Part shown: positions 41,508 to 52,213 of the stretch, in pieces
Position numbering within the stretch: position 1 is the first letter of the stretch
Layout of the letters: each line of letters starts with the position of its first letter
Source: Candidatus Peregrinibacteria bacterium
GTDB taxonomy: Bacteria; Patescibacteriota; Gracilibacteria; UBA1369; UM-FILTER-53-11
NCBI GenBank assembly: GCA_016186205.1
Contig: JACPMA010000014.1
Coordinates: 74,409-138,408 of the forward strand
Reading direction: 5' to 3'
DNA length: 64,000 nucleotides
The notes under the pieces: model-generated
Databases searched by the model: none
What the model was told of the DNA's origin: nothing
Seen by the model: the letters and a program-made list of their open reading frames with translations, nothing else
Made by a program: the position numbers and the translations under genes

Positions 41508-43427
41508 ATGGGAAAAATCATCGGAATTGATCTTGGAACAACGAACTCTTGCGTTGGAGTCATGATGGGCGCAGAACCTCTTGTTATTCCTAATACTGAA
41601 GGCGGACGAACGACTCCTTCGGTCGTTTCTTTTAAGGGCGACGAACGAATTGTCGGCGTGACTGCAAAACGTCAATCCATCATCAATCCGGAAAATACCA
41701 TTTTCTCTTCCAAACGGTTTATCGGCCGGCAATATGACGAATGTGAAACAACTGCCAAACGCATGCCTTTCAAAGTCATAAAAGGACGCAAAGGCGAAGT
41801 GGAATTTGAAATTGGAAAGAAGCAGTTGCGGCCGGCTGAAATTGCCGCGATCGTTTTGCAAAAACTTAAAGCTGATGCCGAGGCTTATCTCGGCGAACCC
41901 GTTACAGAAGCCGTTATTACCGTGCCGGCATATTTTAATGATTCACAGCGCCAAGCCACGAAAGACGCGGGGAAAATCGCCGGACTCGACGTAAAACGCA
42001 TCATCAATGAACCAACGGCTGCGGCGCTTGCATACGGTCTCGACAAAAAAGGCGGACTCAAAAAAATCGCTGTCTATGATCTTGGTGGCGGAACATTCGA
42101 CATTTCCATTCTTGAACTCGGCGAGGGCGTATATGAAGTGCTCTCCACAAACGGCGACACGCAGCTTGGCGGAGATGATTTTGATGCGGTCATTATGAAT
42201 TGGCTCATGGCCGAATTTAAAAAAGACCAAGGGATTGATTTAAGCAAAGATAAACTGGCGCTCCAGCGCATCCGCGAGGCTTCTGAAAAAGCGAAAATCG
42301 AACTTTCCACGGTGCACGAAACCGAAATCAATCTTCCGTTTATCACGGCGGATGCAAGCGGTCCGAAGCATCTCACTATAAAACTCACGCGCGCAAAACT
42401 GGAAGATCTGTGCGCGGATTTAATCGAACGAACCGTGGCGCCATGCAAAAAAGCCATTGAAGATGCCAAAATTTATGTGAGCGACATCCACGAAGTGGTG
42501 ATGGTCGGCGGCATGATCCGCATGCCGGCGGTGCTCGCGAAGGCAAAAGAAATTTTTGGGAAAGAGCCGCATCGCGGCATTAATCCGGATGAAGTCGTTG
42601 CGCTCGGCGCCGCCATTCAAGGCGGTGTTTTGCAAGGCACGGTGAAAGATGTGCTTTTGCTCGACGTAACTCCCCTTTCACTCGGCATCGAAACGCTTGG
42701 CGGCGTGAGCACGAAACTTATTGAACGCAATACGACTATTCCAACGGCTAAATCGCAAGTTTTCTCTACAGCAAGCGATAATCAGCCGTCGGTGGAAGTG
42801 CATATTTTGCAGGGCGAGCGCCCCATGGCGAACGACAATAAGTCGCTTGGGAAATTTATTTTGGATGGCATCCCGCCTGCGCCTCGCGGCGTGCCGCAAG
42901 TGGAGGTTACGTTTGATATTGATGCAAACGGAATTTTAAAAGTCACGGCGCATGATAAAGCTACCGGCAAAAAACAGCACATTGCCATCACCGGTTCGTC
43001 CGGTCTGACGGAAACCGAGGTTGAAAAAATGCGCAAAGAAGCTGAACAGTACGCTGAAGAGGATAAGAAAAAACATCAAAAAGTAGAGGCGCGCAATAAA
43101 GCCGATTCGCTCATCTTCCAGACGGAAAAAACTTTAAAGGAACATGGCGAAAAATTAAGCGATGAAGTCAAAAAACCTATCAACGAGAAAGTCGCCGAGC
43201 TAAAGAAAATTTTGGAGAATAAAGATGCGGCGGTTGAAGAAATGGAAAAAGGATTTGAAGCGCTCTCGCAGGAACTTCAGAAAATCGGCACCGAGCTGTA
43301 TAAAAATGTGCAGCAAGATGCCTCAAAAGGGGCGGCTGGCAAGGCTGGCGGGGAGGCTGGCAGCAAGGCTGGCAAAGATGAAGCCGTTGAGGGCGAAGTA
43401 GTGGATGAGAAAAAGAAGGAAGAATAA
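41508..43427 (+). CDS. dnaK: molecular chaperone DnaK (Hsp70)
   Basis: 639 aa. [28 protein letters not shown] and a C-terminal acidic EEVD-like tail. Confidence 0.95.
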   Translation: MGKIIGIDLGTTNSCVGVMMGAEPLVIPNTEGGRTTPSVVSFKGDERIVGVTAKRQSIINPENTIFSSKRFIGRQYDECETTAKRMPFKVIKGRKGEVEFEIGKKQLRPAEIAAIVLQKLKADAEAYLGEPVTEAVITVPAYFNDSQRQATKDAGKIAGLDVKRIINEPTAAALAYGLDKKGGLKKIAVYDLGGGTFDISILELGEGVYEVLSTNGDTQLGGDDFDAVIMNWLMAEFKKDQGIDLSKDKLALQRIREASEKAKIELSTVHETEINLPFITADASGPKHLTIKLTRAKLEDLCADLIERTVAPCKKAIEDAKIYVSDIHEVVMVGGMIRMPAVLAKAKEIFGKEPHRGINPDEVVALGAAIQGGVLQGTVKDVLLLDVTPLSLGIETLGGVSTKLIERNTTIPTAKSQVFSTASDNQPSVEVHILQGERPMANDNKSLGKFILDGIPPAPRGVPQVEVTFDIDANGILKVTAHDKATGKKQHIAITGSSGLTETEVEKMRKEAEQYAEEDKKKHQKVEARNKADSLIFQTEKTLKEHGEKLSDEVKKPINEKVAELKKILENKDAAVEEMEKGFEALSQELQKIGTELYKNVQQDASKGAAGKAGGEAGSKAGKDEAVEGEVVDEKKKEE

Positions 43428-43434
43428 AAACCAT

Positions 43435-44061
43435 ATGACATCCCTCGCTCTCATCGGAACCGTAACATTTATTCACTTCTTAGGCGTCATCAGTCCTGGG
43501 CCGGATTTTATTATGACTGTAAGGAATTCACTTACATATTCACGCAAAACGGGAATTTGGACCTCTGTAGGTTTGGGACTCGGCATGGCAGTACATATAC
43601 TCTATTCCTGGGCCGGACTTGCGCTCATCATTTCAAAATCAATCCTCGTTTTTAATTTCATAAAATTTCTTGGAGCGGGATATTTGATTTATATCGGCTT
43701 GAAGTCGTGCGCTTCGAAATCCTCATTGCTTGAAGTTGGAGAACATCAAAAAAAATCTGACATCGCGCCGTTTGCAGCAGTCAAAATCGGCTTTTTAACA
43801 AATGTATTAAATCCAAAAGCAACCTTGTTCTTCTTGGGCCTCTTTACATTTGTCATGAGCCCGGCGACCCCGGCATATATTATTGCAGTGGTAAGTATTA
43901 TTATGATCGTTAATGCCATTTTATGGTTTTCGCTTGTGGCAATATTTTTCACGCAGGAACGCATCCGGTCTGTTTTTGAAAAATTCCAAGGAGCGTTCAA
44001 TAAAACATTCGGAGGATTGCTGATTTTGTTGGGAGTGAAGGTGGCATTAAGCGAAAAGTGA
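43435..44061 (+). CDS. LysE/RhtB-family amino-acid exporter
   Basis: An interior ATG 8 nt after the dnaK stop. GVISPGPDF...NPKATLFF motifs and 6 TM helices. Confidence 0.8.
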   Translation: MTSLALIGTVTFIHFLGVISPGPDFIMTVRNSLTYSRKTGIWTSVGLGLGMAVHILYSWAGLALIISKSILVFNFIKFLGAGYLIYIGLKSCASKSSLLEVGEHQKKSDIAPFAAVKIGFLTNVLNPKATLFFLGLFTFVMSPATPAYIIAVVSIIMIVNAILWFSLVAIFFTQERIRSVFEKFQGAFNKTFGGLLILLGVKVALSEK

Positions 44062-44186
44062 AATTTTGTGAGTTCGCATAAGACGCTTTTTTGACTTGTT
44101 ATGCGAAATTTGCTTGAACATAAAGCCAAAAATCTGCATTAGGAAAAAGTTGCAAAAGGCAATGAGAATACATATATTATGAGCGT

Positions 44187-45380
44187 ATGCTTATATCAGC
44201 TCCGCCCAAAATCGCGAAGTCAGAAATACAAACTATCGCGCGATCCGTGGCGAAACCGTCGCTTGCCGACAGCGTTAAAAACTGGAGCGATGCACTCCTC
44301 TACTCCAAATGCAAAACCTACGGTTTCAATGCGCGTGTATGGCTTCGAAAATTTGCCGGACTTTTACCCGAAGTCAACCGGCGTCAACTTTATAAACGCC
44401 GCGGGTATGCCTCGCTCCACGAATTTGCCAGAAAACTCGCTGGCATGAGCGATTATACAACTGACAAAATTCTATCTATCGCTGCAAAGTTAGAAGATAA
44501 ACCGACCCTGAAAGAAAAATTCGTTGCCGGCGAAGAAGGCTGGAGCAAAATTGAAAAAGTAGCCTATGTTGCCACAAAAGAATCTGATGAATTTTGGGCG
44601 AAAAAAACAAGCAGCCTTACGCAGCGGGCGCTTGAAGTATATGTCCAGGAATTTCGCAAACAGCAGAGCGAGACAGCGAAGCTAAGTGGAGATGCAATGC
44701 CGGACGGTAAAAATTACAGGTTAGGATTCACTCTTAAGAGTGATGGATCAAATAATATGCCAATGTTGCAAGGTGCTCCGCCGCTTGGCGATATGCCGCC
44801 GGTCCGGCTCTCATTTCCTGTCTCAATGCAGCTTGAACGCGAGCTCAAACTCTTCAAGCAAAAATTAGAAAAAGAACGCAGCCAAACTTTGGCTTGGAAC
44901 GAAGTGATGCAAGAACTTTTGAGAGGGTATGCTGCAAAAGGAAGCGGTACGGGCAGCGCTATAACATCAGGAAAAACAACTACAATTACCATTTGTCCTG
45001 ACTGCGTAAAGAAAGAAACAAACGAAGCAGCCCAGATGGGCGCGGTGAGCCGTCATATTCCGGCTGATGTTAAAAAAATTGTTGATGAACGCTACAACTA
45101 TTGGTGCGCTTATCCCGAGTGCCGAAAGCCGCCTGACATCTATCACCATACGCGGCGATTTGGGCTTGCGCAAAACCATGATCCGAACTTTATAGTTCCA
45201 CTTTGTTCCTCGCATGAACGATTAGCGCACGCCGGCTTAATCAATCATGAAGACAAAAATCCTGCGCTTTGGCGAATTCTTGCAGAGCCTGATCGGCGTG
45301 AACCAAAATTTCGCATTGATCAAAAAGTTAATGTATATAGGGATGAAAAAACAGCGACCATGGCAAAAAAGGATTGCTGA
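44187..45380 (+). CDS. HNH endonuclease domain protein
   Basis: 397 aa. The C-terminal CAYPECRKPPDIYHHTRRFGLAQNHDPNFIVPLCSSHERLAH is an HNH/Cys-box signature. The N-terminal helical region resembles DUF222-type HNH proteins. Confidence 0.75.
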   Translation: MLISAPPKIAKSEIQTIARSVAKPSLADSVKNWSDALLYSKCKTYGFNARVWLRKFAGLLPEVNRRQLYKRRGYASLHEFARKLAGMSDYTTDKILSIAAKLEDKPTLKEKFVAGEEGWSKIEKVAYVATKESDEFWAKKTSSLTQRALEVYVQEFRKQQSETAKLSGDAMPDGKNYRLGFTLKSDGSNNMPMLQGAPPLGDMPPVRLSFPVSMQLERELKLFKQKLEKERSQTLAWNEVMQELLRGYAAKGSGTGSAITSGKTTTITICPDCVKKETNEAAQMGAVSRHIPADVKKIVDERYNYWCAYPECRKPPDIYHHTRRFGLAQNHDPNFIVPLCSSHERLAHAGLINHEDKNPALWRILAEPDRREPKFRIDQKVNVYRDEKTATMAKKDC

Positions 45381-45543
45381 AAGCCAATCAGCAGTGGCAA
45401 TGATGTGTGTAGATGTGATGGCGTGGTTGACGAACAGAACGGCATGAGCTGGGCTGGGCAGCTTGGCTGGACGTCGATGCAAAACCGAGCCAGTAAAATA
45501 ATGTTGTTGCTGGCCAAGCTGTAGGATAATGCGCGACATTTCA

Positions 45544-45574
45544 AAAGGCCCACCTGTTTGGCTGGCGGGCCTTT
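45544..45574. terminator. bidirectional hairpin AAAGGCCCACC-loop-GGCGGGCCTTT between convergent genes
   Basis: A GC-rich stem with one mismatch, flanked by an A-run on the left and a T-run on the right. It lies between the HNH gene (plus strand) and the SLH protein gene (minus strand). Confidence 0.6.
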
Positions 45575-45602
45575 CATATGCATACTGCGTTTTCGCAATT
45601 GA

Positions 45603-48600
45603 CTAGATATCTTTACACTTATCTTCATCCGGACCCCAGCTTTCGCCGCCAACAGCTTTGCAGTCATCTTCTGTTACGCGTTGAGAGCTCACAAGATCTT
45701 GGCACTGATCATCCCAATAGCAACGGCTCCGCTCGCCGGCCGATGCTTTATCGCTGAAATCTTCCTCTTCACCAAAATCAAATTCGCCTTCGTCGTCGAA
45801 ATCTTCGTCGCCGCCTGGACGCACTTTTGATTCACTAACTTCAAACTGAATTCCGAAGAGTTTCTCGGCAGCCTGTTTCACCATAGTTGCGGCTTCGGCG
45901 CGGATAATCCTGCCATACGGATTTGCTTTGCCGTCGCTGCCTTTTACAACGCCTTTAGCTTGAGCCCAACACACCACGGAATTTGTGGGCTGATCGGTCG
46001 GCTTCACATCTTTGAAACAAACTTCTTTGCTGACCGGAACCTGTCCGCCAATTTCTGTCTCTGCAAGAATCTGCGCAACTTCCCATCGAAGCGCCGGACG
46101 ATTAACATCCGTACATTTTGCAACGACGCTCAAGCCGCGCGACTCTGCCCATGCAATAAATTTATTTCCCCAGTGATTCACAAATTTCCCGCTGCAAAGC
46201 TCACTGTTCTTGCTCGACTCTTTGTCGCCTGAAACACGGAATGCCATAGTCAGAATTTCTGCAACCGTAACTTCAGAACTGGGGTAGAAATTCTTGCCAT
46301 CACCTCCTCCACGCACAATGCCGAGTTTTGCCAGCGGCGCGACATATTTCGTGTACCACACATTATCTTCCGTATCGTAGAACGGAATAATTTTCGCTTC
46401 GAACTTAGCCGCTTTTGATTGTGCAATGGCTTCATCTTTCTTGACTTTCAATTCCTCAACGCATTTTTGAGCGGTTGCTTTATCGCCGGTTTTCGCGATT
46501 TCAACGCATTTTTCCATGTAATTTCTCATGTTATCTCCTGCATTTCCATAAAAGTTGTAGTCTGCAATTTCATTTTGTAGAGATTCCAGTTGAGTTTTAT
46601 ATGCCTGCACTTTTGACGTCAAAGCATCGAGCTGTTTCGTCAGTTCCAAAATTTCGGTTTTCTTTTGGATGAGCTCGCGCTGCGCCGAATCGTCATAGAA
46701 TGTGGCTGCCTCAAGCGCGCCTGCAGCTGATTGCTTATAGCGATCGCCGGCTGATTGAAGCAGATTCTGTACAACGGTCGGATCGGAAAGCATTCTCTGG
46801 AGTACTTTTGAAGCAATATCTTGACTCATTTTTTCAAACATATCTGAAGCCAAATCTTTATCAAGACCGCGGACATTGTCTCCAATAAAATCTCTATAAT
46901 ATTCTTGATCCGGGCCGGGCGCGTCGCCTATTTCATCAAAGACCGGACAAACTTCACGGCCTTTTTCTTCCAGGCTTTCAAAGTATTCTTCAGGATCCCC
47001 GAAATCTCCTCGCGCGGCTTGCTCAAGGTTTCCTTCCACTTCTTTTGCAAATCCTAAACAAGCATCGGCTTCGTTTTGGGAAATCTTTCCGAATCGCAGC
47101 ATTTCTTTAATTCTCTGTATGGCAAATTGAATTTCGCGCCGCATGTTATCAAATTCAAACGTCATCTGCTGCTTTTCCCACATTGATCTTGTGGTCTCAT
47201 CCCATTCGAAACGAAGATCATCCATGGATTTCAATGTTTCCTGCGCGGCTTCCGGATCAACCATAAGTTGCCCCTTTGCTTGTGCGATAACATCCCTCAT
47301 GCGAGCGAGGATATCTTCAAGCGCTTTAACCACTTCCGGATTTAATCCTTTATCGCGTTTCATATTCTTCAGATCGCGCTCGCGATTTATCACTTCTTTT
47401 TCCAAATCTTTAAACCATCTTTGCGTATCAGCCGCTTGCTGAACTTTCTGGAATGAATTCCAGAATTCATTCTGCTTATCATTAATGTCCTGCTGATAAC
47501 CGCCATTCCACCAACTTTGCGGATCTGCAGCCACTTCTTCTTTTGCTTTCACAAACAGCGCTTCCCAATCTGCGAGAATTTGTTTTGCTTCAGAATTTTC
47601 AAAACCGCTTTTTTTCACGGCGCGTTCATATTCTTTCTTCGCATTTACTAACTCTTTTTCGCGCTGGCTGATTTCGCGCAAAACATCTTTCATCTGTTGC
47701 TGTTGATTGATGGAATTTCGGGCTTCATTCAGCGTATCCCAGAAATCCCTGTTGTATTCATTAAACACATTTCGCGCGTCATTAAAGGCATCCATGTCGC
47801 CTTTTGTTAAAGCATCTTGCATGGCGGCAATCTGCGTTACGCACGCATCGTTATACATTTGTTTTACTTTGTCATAAGCCGCTTGAGCATTTGCCGGAAG
47901 CGGGGCGATTTTCTGGGCGCGCGCAACATCTTTCTCTAAATTCTTCAACTCTCGCGCATAATCTTTTTCGCATTGCCGCTTTATATTTTTATCAAAATCC
48001 CGCTGATTATCCACCATCTGGCGGGACGTATTCGCTTTCTGGCTGATTTCATTCGCAAGATCATAAAAATCGCGGAATGCATAATCGATATCGGACTGCA
48101 AGCTATTGCCATCGTTTACAGTGTCAGCGTTACACGCCGCTGCTACTGCTTCAAGTTTGGCAAGCAACCCCTCAATCTCAACCAATTTTGCATCCAAAGC
48201 TGAAGTGTCTGCGGTTTTATCATTTCTCTTAATGTCTTTGAGCTGCGTTTCGAGGTTTCTCTTTTTTTCGTCGCGCCGATTTTTCACATTGCTCGTAAAA
48301 TTGCCGCATTGGCGTTTGGGGCGGACATTGGCATTAAGTTCGTCTTCGAATATCCGGCTTTTGTCATCGCAATCGCGATTGTTATTCCAAAAATCCTGGG
48401 TGCCGACATACGACTGCAAGCCCTGTATGCAAGCCTCAAAGTCTCCCAAATATTTTTCTAAAGCGCTTGTATCCAAGCCTTGCTTCACCTCTCTTTTAAT
48501 ATCCGTAATTTCCCTACGAACATCTTTTGCATAACGCGACCGTTCGGTAATTTGCCTGCTTTGATTTTGAGTATCGTCGGCCGAAACCGGTTTTGGTTCT

Positions 48601-48725
48601 TCCGGCGGCGGCGGAGACATTTCTTCCGCTTTCGCATAACCGACCGCAACGAGCACTACGAGTAAAACCCCGCCGATAACGGCGAGCACTTTCTCTCTTT
48701 TCGAGAGCACTGGAGCATAAGCCAT
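45603..48725 (-). CDS. giant coiled-coil surface protein with SLH-like repeats
   Basis: 1040 aa. N-terminal TM helix VLAVIGGVLLVVLVAVGY, more than 600 aa of heptad-rich sequence, and three SLH-like segments (e.g. YVAPLAKLGIVRGGGDGKNFYPSSEVTVAEILTMAFRV). The tail is acidic and Cys-rich. Confidence 0.75.
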   Translation of the reverse strand: MAYAPVLSKREKVLAVIGGVLLVVLVAVGYAKAEEMSPPPPEEPKPVSADDTQNQSRQITERSRYAKDVRREITDIKREVKQGLDTSALEKYLGDFEACIQGLQSYVGTQDFWNNNRDCDDKSRIFEDELNANVRPKRQCGNFTSNVKNRRDEKKRNLETQLKDIKRNDKTADTSALDAKLVEIEGLLAKLEAVAAACNADTVNDGNSLQSDIDYAFRDFYDLANEISQKANTSRQMVDNQRDFDKNIKRQCEKDYARELKNLEKDVARAQKIAPLPANAQAAYDKVKQMYNDACVTQIAAMQDALTKGDMDAFNDARNVFNEYNRDFWDTLNEARNSINQQQQMKDVLREISQREKELVNAKKEYERAVKKSGFENSEAKQILADWEALFVKAKEEVAADPQSWWNGGYQQDINDKQNEFWNSFQKVQQAADTQRWFKDLEKEVINRERDLKNMKRDKGLNPEVVKALEDILARMRDVIAQAKGQLMVDPEAAQETLKSMDDLRFEWDETTRSMWEKQQMTFEFDNMRREIQFAIQRIKEMLRFGKISQNEADACLGFAKEVEGNLEQAARGDFGDPEEYFESLEEKGREVCPVFDEIGDAPGPDQEYYRDFIGDNVRGLDKDLASDMFEKMSQDIASKVLQRMLSDPTVVQNLLQSAGDRYKQSAAGALEAATFYDDSAQRELIQKKTEILELTKQLDALTSKVQAYKTQLESLQNEIADYNFYGNAGDNMRNYMEKCVEIAKTGDKATAQKCVEELKVKKDEAIAQSKAAKFEAKIIPFYDTEDNVWYTKYVAPLAKLGIVRGGGDGKNFYPSSEVTVAEILTMAFRVSGDKESSKNSELCSGKFVNHWGNKFIAWAESRGLSVVAKCTDVNRPALRWEVAQILAETEIGGQVPVSKEVCFKDVKPTDQPTNSVVCWAQAKGVVKGSDGKANPYGRIIRAEAATMVKQAAEKLFGIQFEVSESKVRPGGDEDFDDEGEFDFGEEEDFSDKASAGERSRCYWDDQCQDLVSSQRVTEDDCKAVGGESWGPDEDKCKDI

Positions 48726-48894
48726 ATGTATTTTGGTTAAAGAAATATTTGTTTTATGGATTCTCCTATTATTATATTACGCCTTTTTAAGCTATAGGTC
48801 AAGTTTTTCTTGGCAGAGAAGCCGGCGCGGCCATTTTGGGACATATCCTTGGGCTTCCTGAAAGGCGATTTTTCAGGTATAATGATTAGATTTT

Positions 48895-49398
48895 ATGGAC
48901 TCAAAAACAAAAATAAAACTTTCCGCTATTTTGCTTATTCCTGTCGCATTGATGGCAGTGGTTAATCTTGTAATCCTCCAAGGCGGATTTTTTACTGAAA
49001 AAATAAGCGTTTTACCGAAACGCGTGAAGCCGGCGGCGCTTGAAAAAAACTTAGACGTAAGCGATTTGGATTTAAGCGTAAAAAATTTTTCTATAAAAAC
49101 AAAAAGCTTGTGGGGCCGTTTTCGCCGCGGAGAATCAATCGAAATTTCCTGTTCCATAGAAAACGCTTCGGAAAAAACCGTGAAAAATTTCCATTCTGTG
49201 ATACGCACGCCGCAAAAAGAATTGGCGCAAATGCAAACAAAAACTTTGAAGCCGGGAGAAAAATTAAATCTGCAAGGCAGTTTTATTCCGGAAAATTCAG
49301 GCGCTGTGATTGTGGCGTGCCGTGGCGACAGCGAAAAAACCGTGGTTGAAGCGAACGAAAACAATAATCGGGAAATCGCCGTGCTTTACATCCAATAA
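48895..49398 (+). CDS. secreted CARDB-like (Ig-fold) protein
   Basis: 167 aa. TM/signal segment AILLIPVALMAVVNLVIL. GESIEISCSIENASEKTVKNF...NENNNREIAV resembles CARDB domains. Confidence 0.6.
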   Translation: MDSKTKIKLSAILLIPVALMAVVNLVILQGGFFTEKISVLPKRVKPAALEKNLDVSDLDLSVKNFSIKTKSLWGRFRRGESIEISCSIENASEKTVKNFHSVIRTPQKELAQMQTKTLKPGEKLNLQGSFIPENSGAVIVACRGDSEKTVVEANENNNREIAVLYIQ

Positions 49399-49408
49399 AA
49401 AAATAAAA

Positions 49409-50626
49409 ATGAATGCTTCTGCGCCGCAGCCAGAACCTCAATCAAATCTTGATACGGAAAAAATTCAGGAACTTGTCATAGACGAACGCTACCGAGAAGC
49501 TTTTGAAGCGCTTCCGAATGACGTGCGTAAAATGGCTCGTTCGGTGCAACAACAGGTGCGCGAGACGATGGGGGATGTTTTTCGAACCGAACCGGACAAA
49601 TATAAACTTGAAATTATTGATGCTCTTTCCGCAGGCCAGTTACAGCAGGCAGCCACCCTACTTGTTGCACATCCGGATAACACGCCGGAGGTTGGGTCTG
49701 GTGAGACCCAACCGGAGGCGCACATACAGCCTGCGCCTAAAAAAAGCGGACAGCCAAAAGAAAAACCGAAAGAAAAAACACCACAGCGCGCCAAACCGCC
49801 GTATTTTCCGTACACTCCAGAGGATCGTAGAATCGCCCACGTTGAAGGCGAGATGATTTTTCCTAATTCGTGCGAACGGCTTGCAGATGAGGTTTTTCGC
49901 GGAGAAAATCCGCGGCTTAAAGCATGGCTCGAGCGCATGGAGCGTGATTTTCAAGTTCCTTCAAGTGAAGAGCAGTTTGATTTGTTTGTCCGCACAAAAG
50001 TTTTGAGGCTTAAGCGCATTGCGGATACAAAACGACAATCTTTTCCTCCGCTTCCACTCAATTATGCTGAAAGTAATGCATATTATTACACTGAACAATG
50101 CATAAAAGAAGAAACGGCGCGTGCACAACACTATATTCGAAACCGCAGTTTTGCACATCTTGTGGAATATATAGTGGTGGAATTGCTTAATCTAATTAAA
50201 AATCGCATAGATCCCAAGCTCAAGCGCGTTTTAAAGTCTGCGCCGGAAGAAGATCTTTTTTGCGGATCGGATTTTGTGGCAGAAGACGAGGATGGAAGAT
50301 GGTGGTCAGTAGATCTCACAACATCCCAAGATGCCGAAGTGCTTGCTGGGAAAAGAGGCCACAACCAAAGACAATTTGTTTTTCTGCCAAGCTTAAAAGA
50401 AATGCTTATAAAGAGAGGCGAATTTGACCGGCATGAAAGACTTGATGCTATTCCCATAGTACAACAAGTGGATCGCAATCTTGTAAGGATGGTAACCGAA
50501 CAATATTTAAATTCCATAAAATCCGGCGAAAATAAACCGCTGCTTGAAATTTTCCGCGGGGTTTCTGCGCGGCTCGGCAAAAATGACGATCAAGCGTCGC
50601 GCGGCATTTTGGATTTGGCTAGCTAG
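49409..50626 (+). CDS. hypothetical protein
   Basis: An interior ATG 11 nt after the previous stop (the ORF-track start at 49310 overlaps that gene). 405 aa with a basic P/K-rich linker. No recognisable family. Confidence 0.6.
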   Translation: MNASAPQPEPQSNLDTEKIQELVIDERYREAFEALPNDVRKMARSVQQQVRETMGDVFRTEPDKYKLEIIDALSAGQLQQAATLLVAHPDNTPEVGSGETQPEAHIQPAPKKSGQPKEKPKEKTPQRAKPPYFPYTPEDRRIAHVEGEMIFPNSCERLADEVFRGENPRLKAWLERMERDFQVPSSEEQFDLFVRTKVLRLKRIADTKRQSFPPLPLNYAESNAYYYTEQCIKEETARAQHYIRNRSFAHLVEYIVVELLNLIKNRIDPKLKRVLKSAPEEDLFCGSDFVAEDEDGRWWSVDLTTSQDAEVLAGKRGHNQRQFVFLPSLKEMLIKRGEFDRHERLDAIPIVQQVDRNLVRMVTEQYLNSIKSGENKPLLEIFRGVSARLGKNDDQASRGILDLAS

Positions 50627-50639
50627 GTTCCCTAGAAAT

Positions 50640-50885
50640 TTATTCTTCAGGCGGCAATTGGCCATCAACAAGTACTCTTTTAAGCCCGCGGCGAATTTTT
50701 CCTCGTCTCAATTCTCTTGCGGCTTCATCAGGATCAGGCTCGGTAGCAATGACTCTTAAGGCATACACAACATGTTCTTTTACTCCAACATGATCATCGG
50801 GACGGTTTTGTCGAGAAATTCCTCTACGCGATCTGCCTAAAGCACCGCCTTCTGTTGCATCATCCTCTCTTGGTCTGTGGCTCAT
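50640..50885 (-). CDS. small hypothetical protein (uncertain)
   Basis: An 81-aa ORF fills the gap between two plus-strand genes. No obvious Shine-Dalgarno sequence and no recognisable motif. Confidence 0.35.
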   Translation of the reverse strand: MSHRPREDDATEGGALGRSRRGISRQNRPDDHVGVKEHVVYALRVIATEPDPDEAARELRRGKIRRGLKRVLVDGQLPPEE

Positions 50886-50962
50886 AGGCCAGTACTATAG
50901 CTTATATTAGCCGAAAGTCAAGATCGACCGTATACTTCGTTTCGGGTATTCTGCTATCTGAT

Positions 50963-52213
50963 ATGCTCGATCTTAAACTTATCAGGGAACAGGCGGAAAA
51001 GGTTAAAAAAGCTCTCAAAAAGAAGCATGTTAATCCGGTGCAAATTGATAATATCGTATCTCTCGATGCGGAAAAGCGCCGGCTGATTTCTGAAATTGAG
51101 GAATTGCAGGCGAAACGGAATAGAGCGTCAAAAGAAATTCCAAAATTAAAAGGCGCTGAAAAAGAAAAATTGCTTGCCGAGATGATTTATGTAAAAGAGC
51201 GCGCAGGCGAGCTTGAACCAAAGGCAAAAAAACTGGATGAGGATTTGAATAATTTGCTGAAGATGCTTCCAAATCCTCCGCTTGATTCGGTGCCTGAGGG
51301 CGAAGGAGAACAAGACAATAAAGTGGTGAAAACCATCGGCAAGGCGCCGAAGTTTTCATTTGAACCGCTGGACCACGTGACGCTCGGGAAAAAACTTGAT
51401 GTTATTGATATTGAATCCGCCGCAGCAATGAGCGGTACGCGTTTTTATTATTTGAAAAATGATGCGGTGAAATGGGAATTTGCGCTCTTGCAATTCGTGC
51501 TTGCAAAGCTTATTGCAAAAGGTTTCTCGCCGATCATTCCGCCGGTGCTCGTAAAAGAACGCGCCATGTTCGGCACTGGATTTTTCCCAGCTGACCGCAA
51601 TGAAATTTACCATGTGAATCCGGAAGATGATGATTTGTATCTAGTTGGAACGGCCGAAGTACCGCTTTGTATGCTCTATGCGGACAAAATTATTCCCGCA
51701 GAACAGTTGCCGAAACGATTTGTGGGATTTTCGAGCTGTTTCCGGCGCGAAGCCGGCAGTTATGGTAAAGACACACACGGAATTTTCCGTGTGCATCAAT
51801 TTGATAAACTTGAAATGTTCAGTTTTTGCCATCCGGACAAATCCGAAGAGGAACACGAATTTATCCGCGGCATTGAAGAAGAAATCATGCAAGAACTCGG
51901 TTTTCATTACCAAGTGGTGAATATTTGCGGGGGGGATCTTGGCGCGCCGGCTGCGAAAAAATATGACATTGAAGCGTGGATTCCGTCGCAAAAACGGTTT
52001 CGGGAACTCACGAGCTGCAGCAATTGCACGGATTTTCAGGCGCGGCGCTGCAACATCCGCTACAAAGACGCGAAAGGAAATCACATCCTCCATACGCTCA
52101 ACGGAACCGCGGTGGCGATGGCACGCACCCTCGTGGCGCTCATGGAAAATTATCAACAGAAAGACGGCAGCGTGGAAGTGCCGAAATGCTTAAAGCCGTT
52201 TTTGTTGAAGTGA
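50963..52213 (+). CDS. serS: seryl-tRNA synthetase
   Basis: 416 aa. N-terminal coiled-coil arm and class II motifs (FRREAGSYGKDTHGIFRVHQFDKLE, LNGTAVAMARTLVALMENYQ). Confidence 0.95.
   Translation: MLDLKLIREQAEKVKKALKKKHVNPVQIDNIVSLDAEKRRLISEIEELQAKRNRASKEIPKLKGAEKEKLLAEMIYVKERAGELEPKAKKLDEDLNNLLKMLPNPPLDSVPEGEGEQDNKVVKTIGKAPKFSFEPLDHVTLGKKLDVIDIESAAAMSGTRFYYLKNDAVKWEFALLQFVLAKLIAKGFSPIIPPVLVKERAMFGTGFFPADRNEIYHVNPEDDDLYLVGTAEVPLCMLYADKIIPAEQLPKRFVGFSSCFRREAGSYGKDTHGIFRVHQFDKLEMFSFCHPDKSEEEHEFIRGIEEEIMQELGFHYQVVNICGGDLGAPAAKKYDIEAWIPSQKRFRELTSCSNCTDFQARRCNIRYKDAKGNHILHTLNGTAVAMARTLVALMENYQQKDGSVEVPKCLKPFLLK

Noticed and set aside
49409-50626. A PD-(D/E)xK nuclease in the unknown 405-aa protein (GSDFVAEDEDGRWWSVDLTTS).
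   Set aside because: The pattern lacks the catalytic Lys (DLT instead of D/E-x-K), and no other supporting motif was found. It is too weak to report as a call.
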